Source of the DNA: Chiloscyllium plagiosum
Lineage: Eukaryota
NCBI RefSeq assembly: GCF_004010195.1
Contig: NC_057720.1
Location: forward strand, 13,719,189-13,783,188
Length of the DNA stretch: 64,000 nt
Reading direction: 5' to 3'
The notes beneath the pieces are model-generated. The model was given only the letters and a program-made list of their open reading frames with translations. It was not told the DNA's origin and searched no databases. Shown in pieces: positions 26,394 to 38,073 of the stretch (within the stretch, counting starts at the first letter, position 1; each line of letters begins with the position of its first letter). The translations under genes and the position numbers were made by a program.

Positions 26394-27405
26394 GGTAAAA
26401 ACAATGACTGCAGATGCTGGTTATCAGATTCTGGATTAGTGGTGCTGGAAGAGCGCCTCGGAACACTTCAACCCAGGGCATCAATGTGGACTTCAACAGT
26501 TTCCTAATTTCCCCTTCCCCCACCTCACCCTAGTTCCAAACTTCCAGCTCAGCACTGTCCCCATGACTTGTCCGGACTTGTCCTACCTGCCTATCTCCTT
26601 TTCCACCTATCCACTCCACCCTCTCCTCCCTGACCTATCACCTTCATCCCCTCCCCCACTCACCCATTGTACTNNNNNNNNNNNNNNNNNNNNNNNNNNN
26701 NNNNNNNNNNNNNNNNNNNNNNNNNNNNNNNNNNNNNNNNNNNNNNNNNNNNNNNNNNNNNNNNNNNNNNNNNNNNNNNNNNNNNNNNNNNNNNNNNNNN
26801 NNNNNNNNNNNNNNNNNNNNNNNNNNNNNNNNNNNNNNNNNNNNNNNNNNNNNNNNNNNNNNNNNNNNNNNNNNNNNNNNNNNNNNNNNNNNNNNNNNNN
26901 NNNNNNNNNNNNNNNNNNNNNNNNNNNNNNNNNNNNNNNNNNNNNNNNNNNNNNNNNNNNNNNNNNNNNNNNNNNNNNNNNNNNNNNNNNNNNNNNNNNN
27001 NNNNNNNNNNNNNNNNNNNNNNNNNNNNNNNNNNNNNNNNNNNNNNNNNNNNNNNNNNNNNNNNNNNNNNNNNNNNNNNNNNNNNNNNNNNNCAGCATCA
27101 TCCTCATGACCTGTCCCATCTGTCAATCTTCCTTCCCACCTATCCACTCCACCCTCCTCTCTGACCTATCACCATTACCCTCACCTCCATCCACCTATTG
27201 AACTCTCAGCTACCTTCTTCCCAGGTCCACCCTCCTCCCATTTACCTCTCCACCCCTGAGGCTCCTAGCCTCATTCCTGATGAAGGGCTTTTGCCCAAAG
27301 TGTTAATTTTCCTGCTCTTCAGATGCTGCCAGACCTGCTGTGCTATTCCAGCACCACTCTAATCTTGACTCTCATTTCCAGCGTCTGCAGTACACACTTT
27401 CGCCT
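26394..27405 (+). mobile_element. Penelope-like element 3' part (GIY-YIG end and pseudo-LTR) with inverted 5' terminal piece, spanning the gap
   Basis: ctcggaacacttcaaccc..ggcatcaatgtggacttcaacagtttc encodes LGTLQP.GINVDFNSF, typical of the PLE endonuclease C-terminus; pyrimidine-rich UTR; CCTGATGAAGGGCTTTTGCCC at ~27276. Confidence 0.85.
26674..27092. other. Assembly gap (419 N)
   Basis: Run of N. Confidence 1.
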
Positions 27406-28307
27406 ATCACAAGCCAGCTGTCCAGGCAACTGAGCTAACCGACAGAAGTAAGTTCAAAGCAAACTCCATATAAGAAGTGAAGCTGAAATGGAATTGAGAA
27501 GCAGATGAATCAGGAAAATGGTGTTAAAGCCAGGGAAGCAAACAGCTGTAATGTTAGAAAGGAAAGTCCTTCATATTTAATATCAGAGATGAGGATAGGA
27601 GCGTGGCGGTGCAGCATGATAGGACTACAGTATTTCCACTGAGGTACAGTTACAATGTGATTAATGAACTAAGACAATAATGCACCACAGATAAAGTCAG
27701 CTCCAAATGTGAGGTTAGAATACTGAAAAGAAAGGCTTCATAGGCAATGGGAATGGGTGGGTCCAGGGTTGGGAATATCCTGGAAAAATTAAACATGCAG
27801 CCGCTTTCTTAGTCCCAGCCAGCACATGTCAAGTCTTCCCATTCTATCCAGCTGCTTGCTGCGTTAATGTAAAACAATGATCATTTTATTGCATTTCCTC
27901 TTTGAAATTATTGACTGGAATCCTTCCAAGTTAATTTCACCCTGCTCTGCATGCTTCCACAGTTTGTTTTCCCTGTGTTAACTTTCCTGTAATAATTAAC
28001 ATGGTACATAATACACAATCTCATTTTAAATACTCATGCCCCAGATCAACTTGGGCCTTGCTGCATCTGTAGACTCGCCAACACTGAAACATGAGGTAAC
28101 TCTTTCTTTCAAAAAACATTTGATTGAATACATACATAGTCTGCACAGACCTCACCTTAAAATAAATGGTAGAGCTAGACTGAGAGGGGCAGTATACAGT
28201 AATCCCCTGGAACGGAAAACACAGGCAGCATTTCCAAGGGTCTAACAGGACTGCAGCCATTCCCATTGCTAGTGTCATTAGAACTTTTGATACTGCCATG
28301 ACCAACA

Positions 28308-28866
28308 CATTACAGCTGTACAAGACATTGGTAAGGCCACATTTGGAGTACTGTGCACAATTCTGGTCGCCCTGCTATAGAAAGGATGTTATTAAACTGG
28401 AAAGGGTACAAAAACGATTTACAAGGATGTTACCAAGACTGGAAGGTATGAGTTATAAGGAAATGCTGGACAGGCTGGGGCAGCTCCCTCCTGGGATGTA
28501 GGAGGCTGAGGGGTGACCTTACTGAGGTTTATAAAATCACGAGGAGCATTGATAAGGTGAATAGCCAAGGTCTTTTCCCCAGGGTAGGGGAGCCCAAATC
28601 TAGACAGCATAGGTTTAAAATGAGAAGGTAAAGATTTAAAAGGGACCCAAGGGGAAACGTTTTCATGCTGAAGGAGTGCGTATCTGGAGTAGCTGCCAGA
28701 GGACATTGTAGAGGTGGGTACAATTACAACATTTGAAAGACATTTGGATAGGTACACGATAGGTTTTGAGGGATATGCCAAATGCAGGCAAATGGGACTA
28801 GCTCAGTTTAGGAACTCTGATTGGCATGGACGAGTTGGGCTGTGCTGTTTGACTCTATGACTCTAT
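28308..28866 (+). mobile_element. CR1 LINE 3' fragment
   Basis: ORF 28298-28501 reads LQLYKTLVRPHLEYCAQFWSPCYRKDVIKLERVQKRFTRMLP; tail actctatgactctat. Confidence 0.92.
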
Positions 28867-30059
28867 AGCATTGGACTGACCTGCTCCCTTGGCCTGTAAT
28901 TGGCATCTCCTGCTTGCACTCTGCAGCTCTCCACCCAAGGGGGTTATCCAATGGCAGTAAAGAAAGGATGCTCAGGAGACAGGCTGACACTGTTTATTGC
29001 TACCTCAGGGAGGTGAATGGTACATGAACATGGCACAGCAAAGAAAAATCCCAGAAAACACTGGAAATCTCAGAAAATGGCATGTTGGAAGTTGTGAAGA
29101 CCAGCTGTAAAGGGAAAGGGTGGAGTTGCCATCATCCTCATGGACTTCTCTATCATTCTGAAGATTACCATTCCTCAGATGCTGAGGAGTGTCCTCCATG
29201 GTGACCTGACCCAACCTCTTCAAAGAAAACTCCCCTCCTGTATGGAACTCGCTGCATGCTTCAGACTAGGAATACTTCATCAAAACTTTGATGCATCCTT
29301 GAGGGAGAGAAAGGCCTCGTACTGGCATTGGCTGAATGTAGCAGCAGAATTCTCTGAAGAAGGTTGCAATGTTTGTACAGTTTTTGACTTCATTTCTCAA
29401 CTTCCTTGCCCCTGTCATTTGAAATTTGTACTTGTTAGCCAACGCTATGTTCACCACATAACCCACGCCCTCACTTGACGACACCCACCACCCACCTTCT
29501 CTCCAACCCCGCCAGCTTGGATGCTTGATTGGGTGCAGAACCCAATTGCTGCCAATTGGCTACCTAGTTAACTGGTCATCTGATGCCTGGTGAACAATCC
29601 AAAATGGTGGGTGGGGGTTGGGCAGCATGATGGAGCTACACTGCTCACACCATCACACCACACTGACATACCTAAATTCCCTCCCCATATAACACTTCTC
29701 CTGCTCAGAAAACATCTGTGAATAACCAGCTGATCAAAGTCTAATTGCTGTGAACACTGCTGTCAATCAGAGGTTAATTACCCACCAGCAATGGAGGGGG
29801 TGAGTGGGTTCACAAAGAGGGAGAAAAACTACTTGGAAGGTTCTGAGTCTGGAGAAAATTAAGGTGGAATTTAAGATGGGGAACAAAACATTTTCTTTTC
29901 ACATGAAGTGGATCAGATTTAAAAAAACACCACTCAATCGAGAATTGGAAGTCATAATTTTCAGAAGAGAATTGGATCAGTACTTGACGCAAATGGTACA
30001 GGAATATGGGAACAAATCATGTGGGTGAATGGCACTAACTGAAATACAGCAGGAATACT

Positions 30060-30705
30060 GTAACAGTTTCTGTCCCCTTACCTAAGGAAAGAGAGACTGC
30101 CATTGGAGGCAGTCCAGAGAAGCTGGATACCAGGTATGGGGGGGATTGTCTTATGAGGAGAGGTCGAGTAGATTGGGCCTGTAATGTAGAAGAATGAGAG
30201 GTGACCCTTTTGTAACGTACAGGACTCTTAAGGGACTTGATAGGGTGGACGGAGAAAAGTTGTTTGCCCTTGTGGGAGATTCCTGATGAAGGACTCTTGC
30301 CCGAAACATCGATTCTCCTGCTCCTCTGATGCTGCTTGACCTGCTGTGCTTTTCCAGCACCACACTCTCAACTCTATTTCTCTTTGTGGGAGAGTCTAGG
30401 GACAGAGGGCATCATCTCAGAAAAAGGGATCATGAATTGAAGGAAGAGATGAGGAGGAATTTCTTCACTCAGAGAGTAGTGAATCTGTAGAATTCTCTAC
30501 CACAGAGGGCTGTTGAGGCTGGGTCATTACATTTATTCAAGGCTCTGAGATACAAAGATTTTTAATCAATAAGGAAAACAAGGATTATGGAGAGAATGCA
30601 AGAAAGTGGAGTTGAGGATTATCACATCAGCTATGATCTCATTGAATTGTGGAGTAGAATTGATGGGCCAATTGGCCTATTTCTCCACCAACGTCTTATG
30701 GTCTA
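30060..30705 (+). mobile_element. CR1 LINE 3' fragment with PLE insert
   Basis: gccattggaggcagtccagagaag..tatgaggagagg..aatttcttcactcagagagtagtgaatct. Confidence 0.8.
30280..30378 (+). mobile_element. PLE family A terminal with intact hammerhead core
   Basis: CTGATGA-AGGAC-TCTT-GCCC-GAAA-CATCGA at 30283; ttgtgggaga is duplicated on both sides. Confidence 0.85.
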
Positions 30706-31024
30706 AATGTTGAAAAGAGCAGTCTCAATGGTCTCTTTCTGTATTGTACTCAAGTGTAATTTTTTAATGTATGTTAAACCAGCAGGAATTAGATTTTTTT
30801 TCTCTTTAAATACATCTTTGATTCCTGCAAGTATGACATCTGAAATATGATAGGACTGTGCAATACAGAAATTTTTCACATGCAATCGACAATGATCCTG
30901 TGGATTAGACAACAATACAAAGGTAAAATACCACAGAGGCTGGAGAACCCAAAATTTAAAAAAAAATTACTCTGCTTTCTGTCTCCACAGATGCTGCCTG
31001 ACTTGCTTGGGTTTTTCCAATGTC

Positions 31025-31512
31025 CTGTTTTTTTTAAATTCAAAAATATACTTTATTCACAAAAAGTTTTTGCATGCATACATAGTCACTAAAACAATTC
31101 AGTTCTAACAGCCTTAGCATTTTGAGAACAAATAAACTTTGGTGTTTGGATCTCCCGACAGTTTCAACAAAGCCAAGGCATTTCTTACATATGCAAGACA
31201 ATATTTACATGTATTTGAGGCATTGGGGGAGGGTCTGATAACAGAACAGACCCCATTGCACTTTGGCTGAAAGAACCTAGATGGTGGCCTTTGACTGTGC
31301 CTTAGTGGCAGGCTGCCCCAAGCTTCAGTGTGTCCCTCAGTATGGAGTCCTGAACCTTGGAATGTACCCATCTGCAACACTCAGTCAGGGTCAACTCCTT
31401 GCTCTGGAAGACCAACAGGGTTCAGGCAGACCAAAGAGTGTCTTTCACCGAGTTGATTGTCCTCCAGGCACAGTCGACGTTTATCTCAGTGAGCATCCCG
31501 GGGAACAGCCCA
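31025..31512 (-). mobile_element. Tx1/L1-clade LINE 3' end
   Basis: The minus strand encodes LFPGMLTEINVDCAWRTINSVKDTLWSA*TLLVFQSKELTLTECCRWVHSKVQDSILRDTLKLGAA; AATAAA and an A-rich tail (tttatt and T-run on +) lie at 31025-31060. Confidence 0.8.
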
Positions 31513-31661
31513 GAATTCTTTGTTATTATTTCAGATCCCCTGCCTTCAGCCACTGCTGGCAGATAGTGTAAAACTTGGAAAACTCTGTATAGTTACCTCA
31601 AGGTCACTGTGTCAGGTTCGCAAAGTCGGGTCATTGTTGAAGGCAGGATCTCCAATTCTGA

Positions 31662-31852
31662 TAAAAACTGAAAGAACTGCGGATGCTGTAAATCAGATAT
31701 AACAACAAAAATTTTTGGAAAATCTCAGCAGGTCTGGCAGTAGCTGTGGAGAGAAATCAGAGTTAATGTTTCGGGACCTAAAATGTTAGCTCTGATTGCA
31801 TTCCACAGGTGCTGCCAGACCTGCTGAACCTTTCCAGTAATTTCTGTTTTTG
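31662..31852. mobile_element. PLE family C fold-back element
   Basis: aaaactgaaagaactgcggatgctg..ctcagcaggtctggcag..gagttaatgtttcggg..gctgccagacctgctga. Confidence 0.7.
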
Positions 31853-32904
31853 TACTCAGTTCTGATTGTTTCCAATTTTCAAATAACTGGCTTCCATCAT
31901 CTTTATAAATCTAGCCTTTGTTTCGCAATAATGCGATGCCTGATGTGCGATGGATGCAAGTGAACACAAGGTATTTCTACAGGGTAGACATTATCCCATG
32001 CACTTTTATTAACACAAGAGCATTGCACCATCAGCTGAACATTTTTCTAAGTGTGGCTGTGTGTTTAAATAGCTTGACTCCTTAAAGCTGCAAAGTTTGA
32101 ATTGCTGTCCCTTCGTGTACTGCATTGGGTCATTGAGAAGTTAAACTATCTTCATTTCTCCTTTTATGTGTTATGTTTAAGCGTGACTCCTGAACTCACT
32201 TAGAAGCTAGGTTCTGTACATTCTGTTCTGAGGTTTCTCTATATCCGAGATGATTCGGTTTCCTTTCTACTTTGAATACTTCTTTGGAGAGGTGAGACAG
32301 TGTCACAACAGAAATGTGATCGGCACTTCTCAAATCTCTTACAAACAAGAAAAAGATAGCTGAATAGATTTTTAGATAGTATTCCCCTGGATAAATTACC
32401 AGGAGAATAATACATGTTTTCCAGCAATATTGAAAACATCTAGTCAGCTGAACCTTTAATAAGCATTCTACCAGGTTACATTTGTGTTATATCATCCTTT
32501 TAAGCACTAATGGAGCTGTATATCGTTTTTGTTTTGATCAATGGGATTCATAACGTGTAGAACATCTAAGCTTCATTTACTGTAAAAGCATACGCAGATA
32601 CTTAAATTATGGAATGAAACCAGAGTAAACATCAAAGAGGTGCTCTCAACATGATTTTTGTATATGCTGAATTTCTAATTCAATTCAACTTGTTAGGTAA
32701 AAAGGCTTCCATCAGCTGCAAAAGCACTCTTGAGAAATCATTAATGTAATCTGTTATCCCTTTGCGAACAGAAGTATGGGTTCCTTTTGTCATTAGGTAC
32801 ATGTGCCATGGGTTGCTATGTTTCAATTATCTATAAAGATAAGTTTTGTATACGGTTACTCATAAATGCACAAAATTCTCAGACCATAAATGTGACCGAG
32901 CTTA

Positions 32905-33160
32905 AGGTGTCAGCCATGTGTCAGGCATGTATCAAGTCAGAGGCAATATTTGCACTGCTCTGACTCTGAACTGGGTCAATCTCCACTGCAGAGACTAGCC
33001 CCTCAGCAAAGTGCTGAGGGAATGCTGCACTGTCAGAAGCATCTACTTTCAAGAGAGACATTAGACAGCGTCATGTCCACTGGTGCAAAAGGTCTCCTGG
33101 CTTTTATTTGAAGAGAAGCAGGCTGTTGTGCAAACACCTTCAGCAGGGCTTATCTCAAAC
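32905..33160 (+). mobile_element. Deu-domain SINE (SacSINE1-like), degraded
   Basis: gtgctgagggaatgctgcactgtcagaag..ctttcaagagagacattagac..tatttgaagagaagcagg. Confidence 0.65.
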
Positions 33161-34339
33161 ATTTAACTTTTAACTTTGTTCTTTCTTTCCACCTTGCTCT
33201 TAAGATTCTGTACCTAGGTACTTGTATCTAAGATGGCACCTTGTGTGGTGACATTATATACTTTTCACTGTACGCCTGTATTTTTGAACTTGAGTAGACC
33301 TGACAATAAAATCAAATATAAAAAAAACAAACATTACTAAATTAGATGTAGATGCAGCAGGATCTGTTAACTGTCACTACTGGTTAACAGGGTACATTTA
33401 AACCATGCAATTTGACTCTGGTCAGAGCACTGTCATGGGGACGTGGCAGGGATCAGTGATCTCCAGAGCTCTTTACACACTGAGAAAGGTGCTGTGATTG
33501 TGGATATAATCATTTTGATGGCAAAGAACAAGTCTCTGAGTGTGAATAAATGTAGCTTCTGGCACATGCAAAGGAAGTTACAAATCCAATTGATAATCTT
33601 AAATTGGTCCTTCACTTAATTCTTAGCGCAGTCAGGATTGTTTAGCACGATTTGTCTAGGAGCAGATACACATCTATATGGAAAATTACAATCACATTGG
33701 ACACTATGTTCTGAGTTACACAAGCACAGGCTAGTTGAATATGCTGTGGATGTTCAAAGAGGTATGTTGTTTGATAACTGTCAACCAGTGAGATGTATGG
33801 CCTATGTACCTGGCATCACATTGGCACTGAAACTCATATATCACATGACTAACATATTTGGAAGGCAGAACATCCTTTTGGCTTCACAGCAAGCGATGAT
33901 TTGAACAGGACAGGGATTAATAAGCAGAATCTTTTTAATATACCGAATTTATCTCTCAAGCCACATGTCCACAAAGCAACAGATTATCTCCTTGCTCGCC
34001 TCATTGACACCAACTTTATTCAAAATTGGTTGCTGCCTTAGAACACTAACTACACTTCAACAAAAATACGTGTTATGGTGAATCATAAGGATCATCTAGT
34101 GATCTGTTATTCACAAAGTTGGATTGCTAGACCTTTCAAAAGCATTTAGAGTTAACTTGTGCACAGTTATGACCCTGGTCACTTGGGAGTCAGAAATTCT
34201 CTCATTCGTTCACGTACTTTCGATCAAAAGTTATTGGAAATCCCAAAGAAGCCACATAATCAATGGTTACATCATTCCCTGGAGTTACCCAAGATTTATC
34301 TTGGGATTTTGACAGACAAGCAAGAGTAGCCGAGTGAAA

Positions 34340-34645
34340 TTCTCCAAAGATCCTTCCAAATCCATGAGCATGTCCAGCTGGAAGGACAAGGGCAGAAGAT
34401 ACAGGGAACTCCACCATCTGCAAATTTCCTTCGAAGCCACTCACCATCCTGACTTAGAAGTTTATCGCTGTTCCTTCACTATGGCTGAGTCAAAATTCTA
34501 GAATCCCATCCCCAACAGCGTTTGGGTCTACCTGCAGCAGATGGTCTGCAGCAGTTCAAGAAGGCAGCTCACAAGGACAACTACGAATGGGTTACAAATT
34601 CTGGCCCAGACAACGACACCCATATCCCATAAATGAATAAAACAA
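34340..34645 (+). mobile_element. 3' end of the second non-LTR family
   Basis: gaaggacaagggcagaagatacagggaactccaccatctgcaa..cagcagttcaagaaggcagctcac..catatcccataaatgaataaaa. Confidence 0.7.
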
Positions 34646-36257
34646 AATTCAATCCATGAATTCAATTTGATGAACCAGTGCCTTAATTGCTTTGTACAAT
34701 ATCCCTCAACATGATCAATTGAATATTTTTATCCTCTTGGTACAGTTCCTCCATCACCTCACTCCAGCTTGGTCTTTGTAACTTGTCATCCATCCCTTGT
34801 CTGATTTTTGCCACCTTTTGTAGCAGCTCTTTCCTCTTTCCCAGCTTCTGAGGAAGAGTCTTCAGCACCTTACCTGGATTTGAAAGGGCTTTTCTTAAAA
34901 TTCCTCTGCCTTGTTAATTTAATTTCCCTGTTTTAACAACCTCCTGGCAAACCTTTCACTACAGCCAATCGCCTGGGTTCCAGGACACTCCCATTTCTGG
35001 AGAGGGGCTATCAGGATGTCGGGGCCCACACTGGGCAGACTTTCCTCAGGTTTGTGGAGTGACTGTGGATCAACCACGGTACAGTGGGGAACTGTCCCGG
35101 CCTGCTCCTAAATTTCCCAGCCTCCAGTCAGAAGGCAAGAGTGTTGTTCCTACTCTGACCTGCAGCGCCAGGAATGCTGACCCACTTGACCTTTCTGCAT
35201 TCCATCTTGACCCCTCCCAGTTGTTACCAGCTGTGTTTCATTGAAGGTGATCACAGGCTTGAGCTAGCAAGAGGAGGGATGGAGTAGAGACTTTCCCACA
35301 AACCATTTTCTGACCAGGCCACACTCGAGGTCTGTGCTTTGCCTTGAAGAGAAATCTGTCTTTTTGCTTTCTGACCCTTAAAGAAAAGTCAGTGGTGTTA
35401 CATTGAAACATAAGCGTGAAAGGCCATTCAGCCCCTTGTGCCTCCTCTTTCATTTGGGATCATCTACTATCATCTACAAAGTCCTGATACCTCGGTGAGC
35501 TCCCTACCAACGTGCGACAGCTTGCCTAGGGCCTGCTGAAGGTACTCCTAGACTGGAGACATGGTAATTTCAGTGACCTGGCAAAAGGCTTGCCACAGCC
35601 GAACACCACCAGTAGGACAGTACCTTCTCTTCATGAAACTCACAAATAATAAAACCACACACTCAGCAACAACAGCCATTTGTATTTATATAGCATCTTT
35701 AAGGTAATAAGGCAACCTAAAGTGCTTCACAGTAGCAAAACTGGGTAAAGAAAATTGGAGGAGGCAACATTAGGAAAGGGAGCCAAAACTGATGTAAGTA
35801 ATGTCTTAAGGGTGTGGGATGGGAGAGAGATCTGGTGATGTTTAGAGAGAGAATTCCAGAGATTAAAACCAAAATGGTTGAAGGTTTAGCTCTCCAAGGA
35901 CAATATGAAGGTTTCATTTTTTTTATTTGAGGACTTGTGTTTGAAGGATTGTGGAAAAATTTATTTCAAGTCCAGTGGAAATACCTGGATCTGTATTTTA
36001 AATAAACATAGTGCAAAGACACTTTTTTTTTTAACCAAGGCATTTTTTTTGGAAACCACATAATTTCAGTTAATTGATGGACTAATTCATGAAAGTCACA
36101 CGACTGAGTTTTATGGCTGTCTTATTTGACCTGTGTTTTGCAAGCAGTTGAAGTTTTATTATTTCAGCAGAGGCATGGGCCCTCTTGTGACACAGTTGTA
36201 GTGTCCCTACCCCTGGAGCAGGAGGGTCAGGTTCTAGCCCCACTAGCTCCAGAGGAC

Positions 36258-36490
36258 ACAGAGGGTGATGCGTGTATGGAATGAGCTACCAGGGGAAATG
36301 GTGGAGGCTGGTACAGTTGCAATATTTAAAAGGCATCTGGATGGGTATATGAATAGGAAGGGTTTAGAGGAATATGGACCAAATGCTGGCAAATGGGACC
36401 TGATTCATTTAGGACATTCAGTCAGCATGGATAAGTTGGACCGAAGGGTATGTTTCCATGCTGTATATCTCTCTGATTCTATGACTCTAA
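36258..36490 (+). mobile_element. CR1 3' end
   Basis: ORF 36265-36498 reads RVWNELPGEMVEAGTVAIFKRHLDGYMNRKGLE. Confidence 0.9.
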
Positions 36491-37029
36491 CAGGTTGATT
36501 AGAAAAATAGGTTTATACAATAAAGTCTGCTGAAGAACAGAAGGCTCAACTCATCTCGCTTGATTCTGCAGTATCGTTGTAGCGAACTCAGTGTGAATCC
36601 TGATTGTACACATGAAGAACAATGGAAGAATTCTCAATAATATATTTCCTGAGCAAGATATATCAGCCAAGAGTCTCTAATAGCTGCCATTCCCAGTGAT
36701 CTGTTGGCGTATGCAAGATCGACTGTAATCTGAACATTTCACACATTATCCCTTTGTCTCCTTCAAGAACTTACTATAATGGGCTAAAGGTGTTTGTTCT
36801 AAAGTGGATCACTGTAGAGATTAATCTGTTTAGTTTTCTATTTATCTAAAGAGTGAGTAAGTGAGTGAGAGTGTAATTCTGATAAAGAATCTTAGAAACC
36901 AGGAGTTGGCTATTTAGCCCTTCAAGCTTGCTCCACCATTCAATGCAATCATGGTTGACCCTCTATCTCAATGTACTTTCTCCCCAGATCCCCTTAAAAA
37001 CTATCTTGTCCTATTCAGGGACTTGGTCT

Positions 37030-37627
37030 TATAGAATCCCTAGGACGTGGAAGCAGGTCCATCAAGTGCACAGCAACCCTCTGTAGGGCATCCCACCCAG
37101 ATGCACACCCTCTATTCCCAGTCCAAAGATTGCCCAGGCTAAAATGCCCATAGTGTTAGGTCATTAGTCAGAGGGAAATGGGTTTGGGTGGGTTACTTTT
37201 CGGAGGGTTGGTGTGGACTTGTTGAGCCGAAGGGCCTGTTTCCACATTGTAGGGAATCTAATCTAATCTAATTATAATCTTACAGTTCCCATGGTCAATC
37301 CACTTAACCTGCACATCTTTGGACTGTGGGAGGATACCAGAACACCTGGAGGAAACTCATACAGACATGGGGATCATATGCAAACTCGAAACTTTATTGC
37401 TGGAACAGCACAGCAGGTCAGGCAGCATCCAGGGAACATCCTGTTCCCTGGATGCTGCCTGACCTGCTGTGCTGTTCCAGCAATAAAGTTTCAACTTTGA
37501 TCTCCAGCATCTGCAGACCTCACTTTCTCCTCATATGCAAACTCCACATAGACAGTCGCCCAAGGGTGGAACCGAACCCAGGTCAAGTGGGTGAGGCAGC
37601 AGTGCTAACTACTGAGCCACCATGCCA
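37030..37627 (-). mobile_element. V-SINE with a nested opposite-strand SINE tail (37117-37272) and a PLE palindrome (37387-37531)
   Basis: Minus-strand SINE pieces at 37030-37116, 37273-37386 and 37532-37627; catatgcaaactc is duplicated around the palindrome. Confidence 0.8.
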
Positions 37628-37869
37628 CTCCTGCACTACACTTTGAGTGAGGACATCTTTCCTCATCTCAGTCCAATCTGTGTCCTGAGACTGTGGCCCT
37701 AGTTTTATTAGCGTGGAATAAGCTGTTGCTTTGTAACAGATCAATAACTTTGTTTTCATTACAGAAACCTGGTTGGTGTATCATTTTGCTCTAAATCTAA
37801 TTTCGAGAATGCATAGGATTGACCAGACTGGGAACCAGGTAAAACAGTTACGCTGTGACCTATGGAGTC

Positions 37870-38073
37870 AGTTAAAAATCACACAACACCAGGTTATAGT
37901 CCAACAGGTTTATTTGGAAGTGCTAGCTTTCGGAGTGCTGCTCCTTCAGGTAACCTGATGAAGGAGCAGTGCTCTGAAAGCTAGTACTTCCAAATAAACC
38001 TGTTGGATTATAATTAGGTGCTGTGCGATTTTTAACTTTGTCCACCCCAGTCCAACACCCCAGTCCAACACCT
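37870..38073. mobile_element. PLE family B palindrome with hammerhead
   Basis: ctagctttcggagtgctgctccttcagg-taa-CCTGATGAAGGAGCAGTGCTCTGAAAGCTAG; same arms as 2237-2462. Confidence 0.85.

Noticed and set aside
26563..27201. Longest ORFs in the track (165-212 aa)
   Set aside because: Artefacts of translating through the N gap.
34683..34868. Coiled-coil-looking 61-aa minus-strand ORF
   Set aside because: No true start, it lies just downstream of a donor-like site rather than an acceptor, and no family is recognisable.
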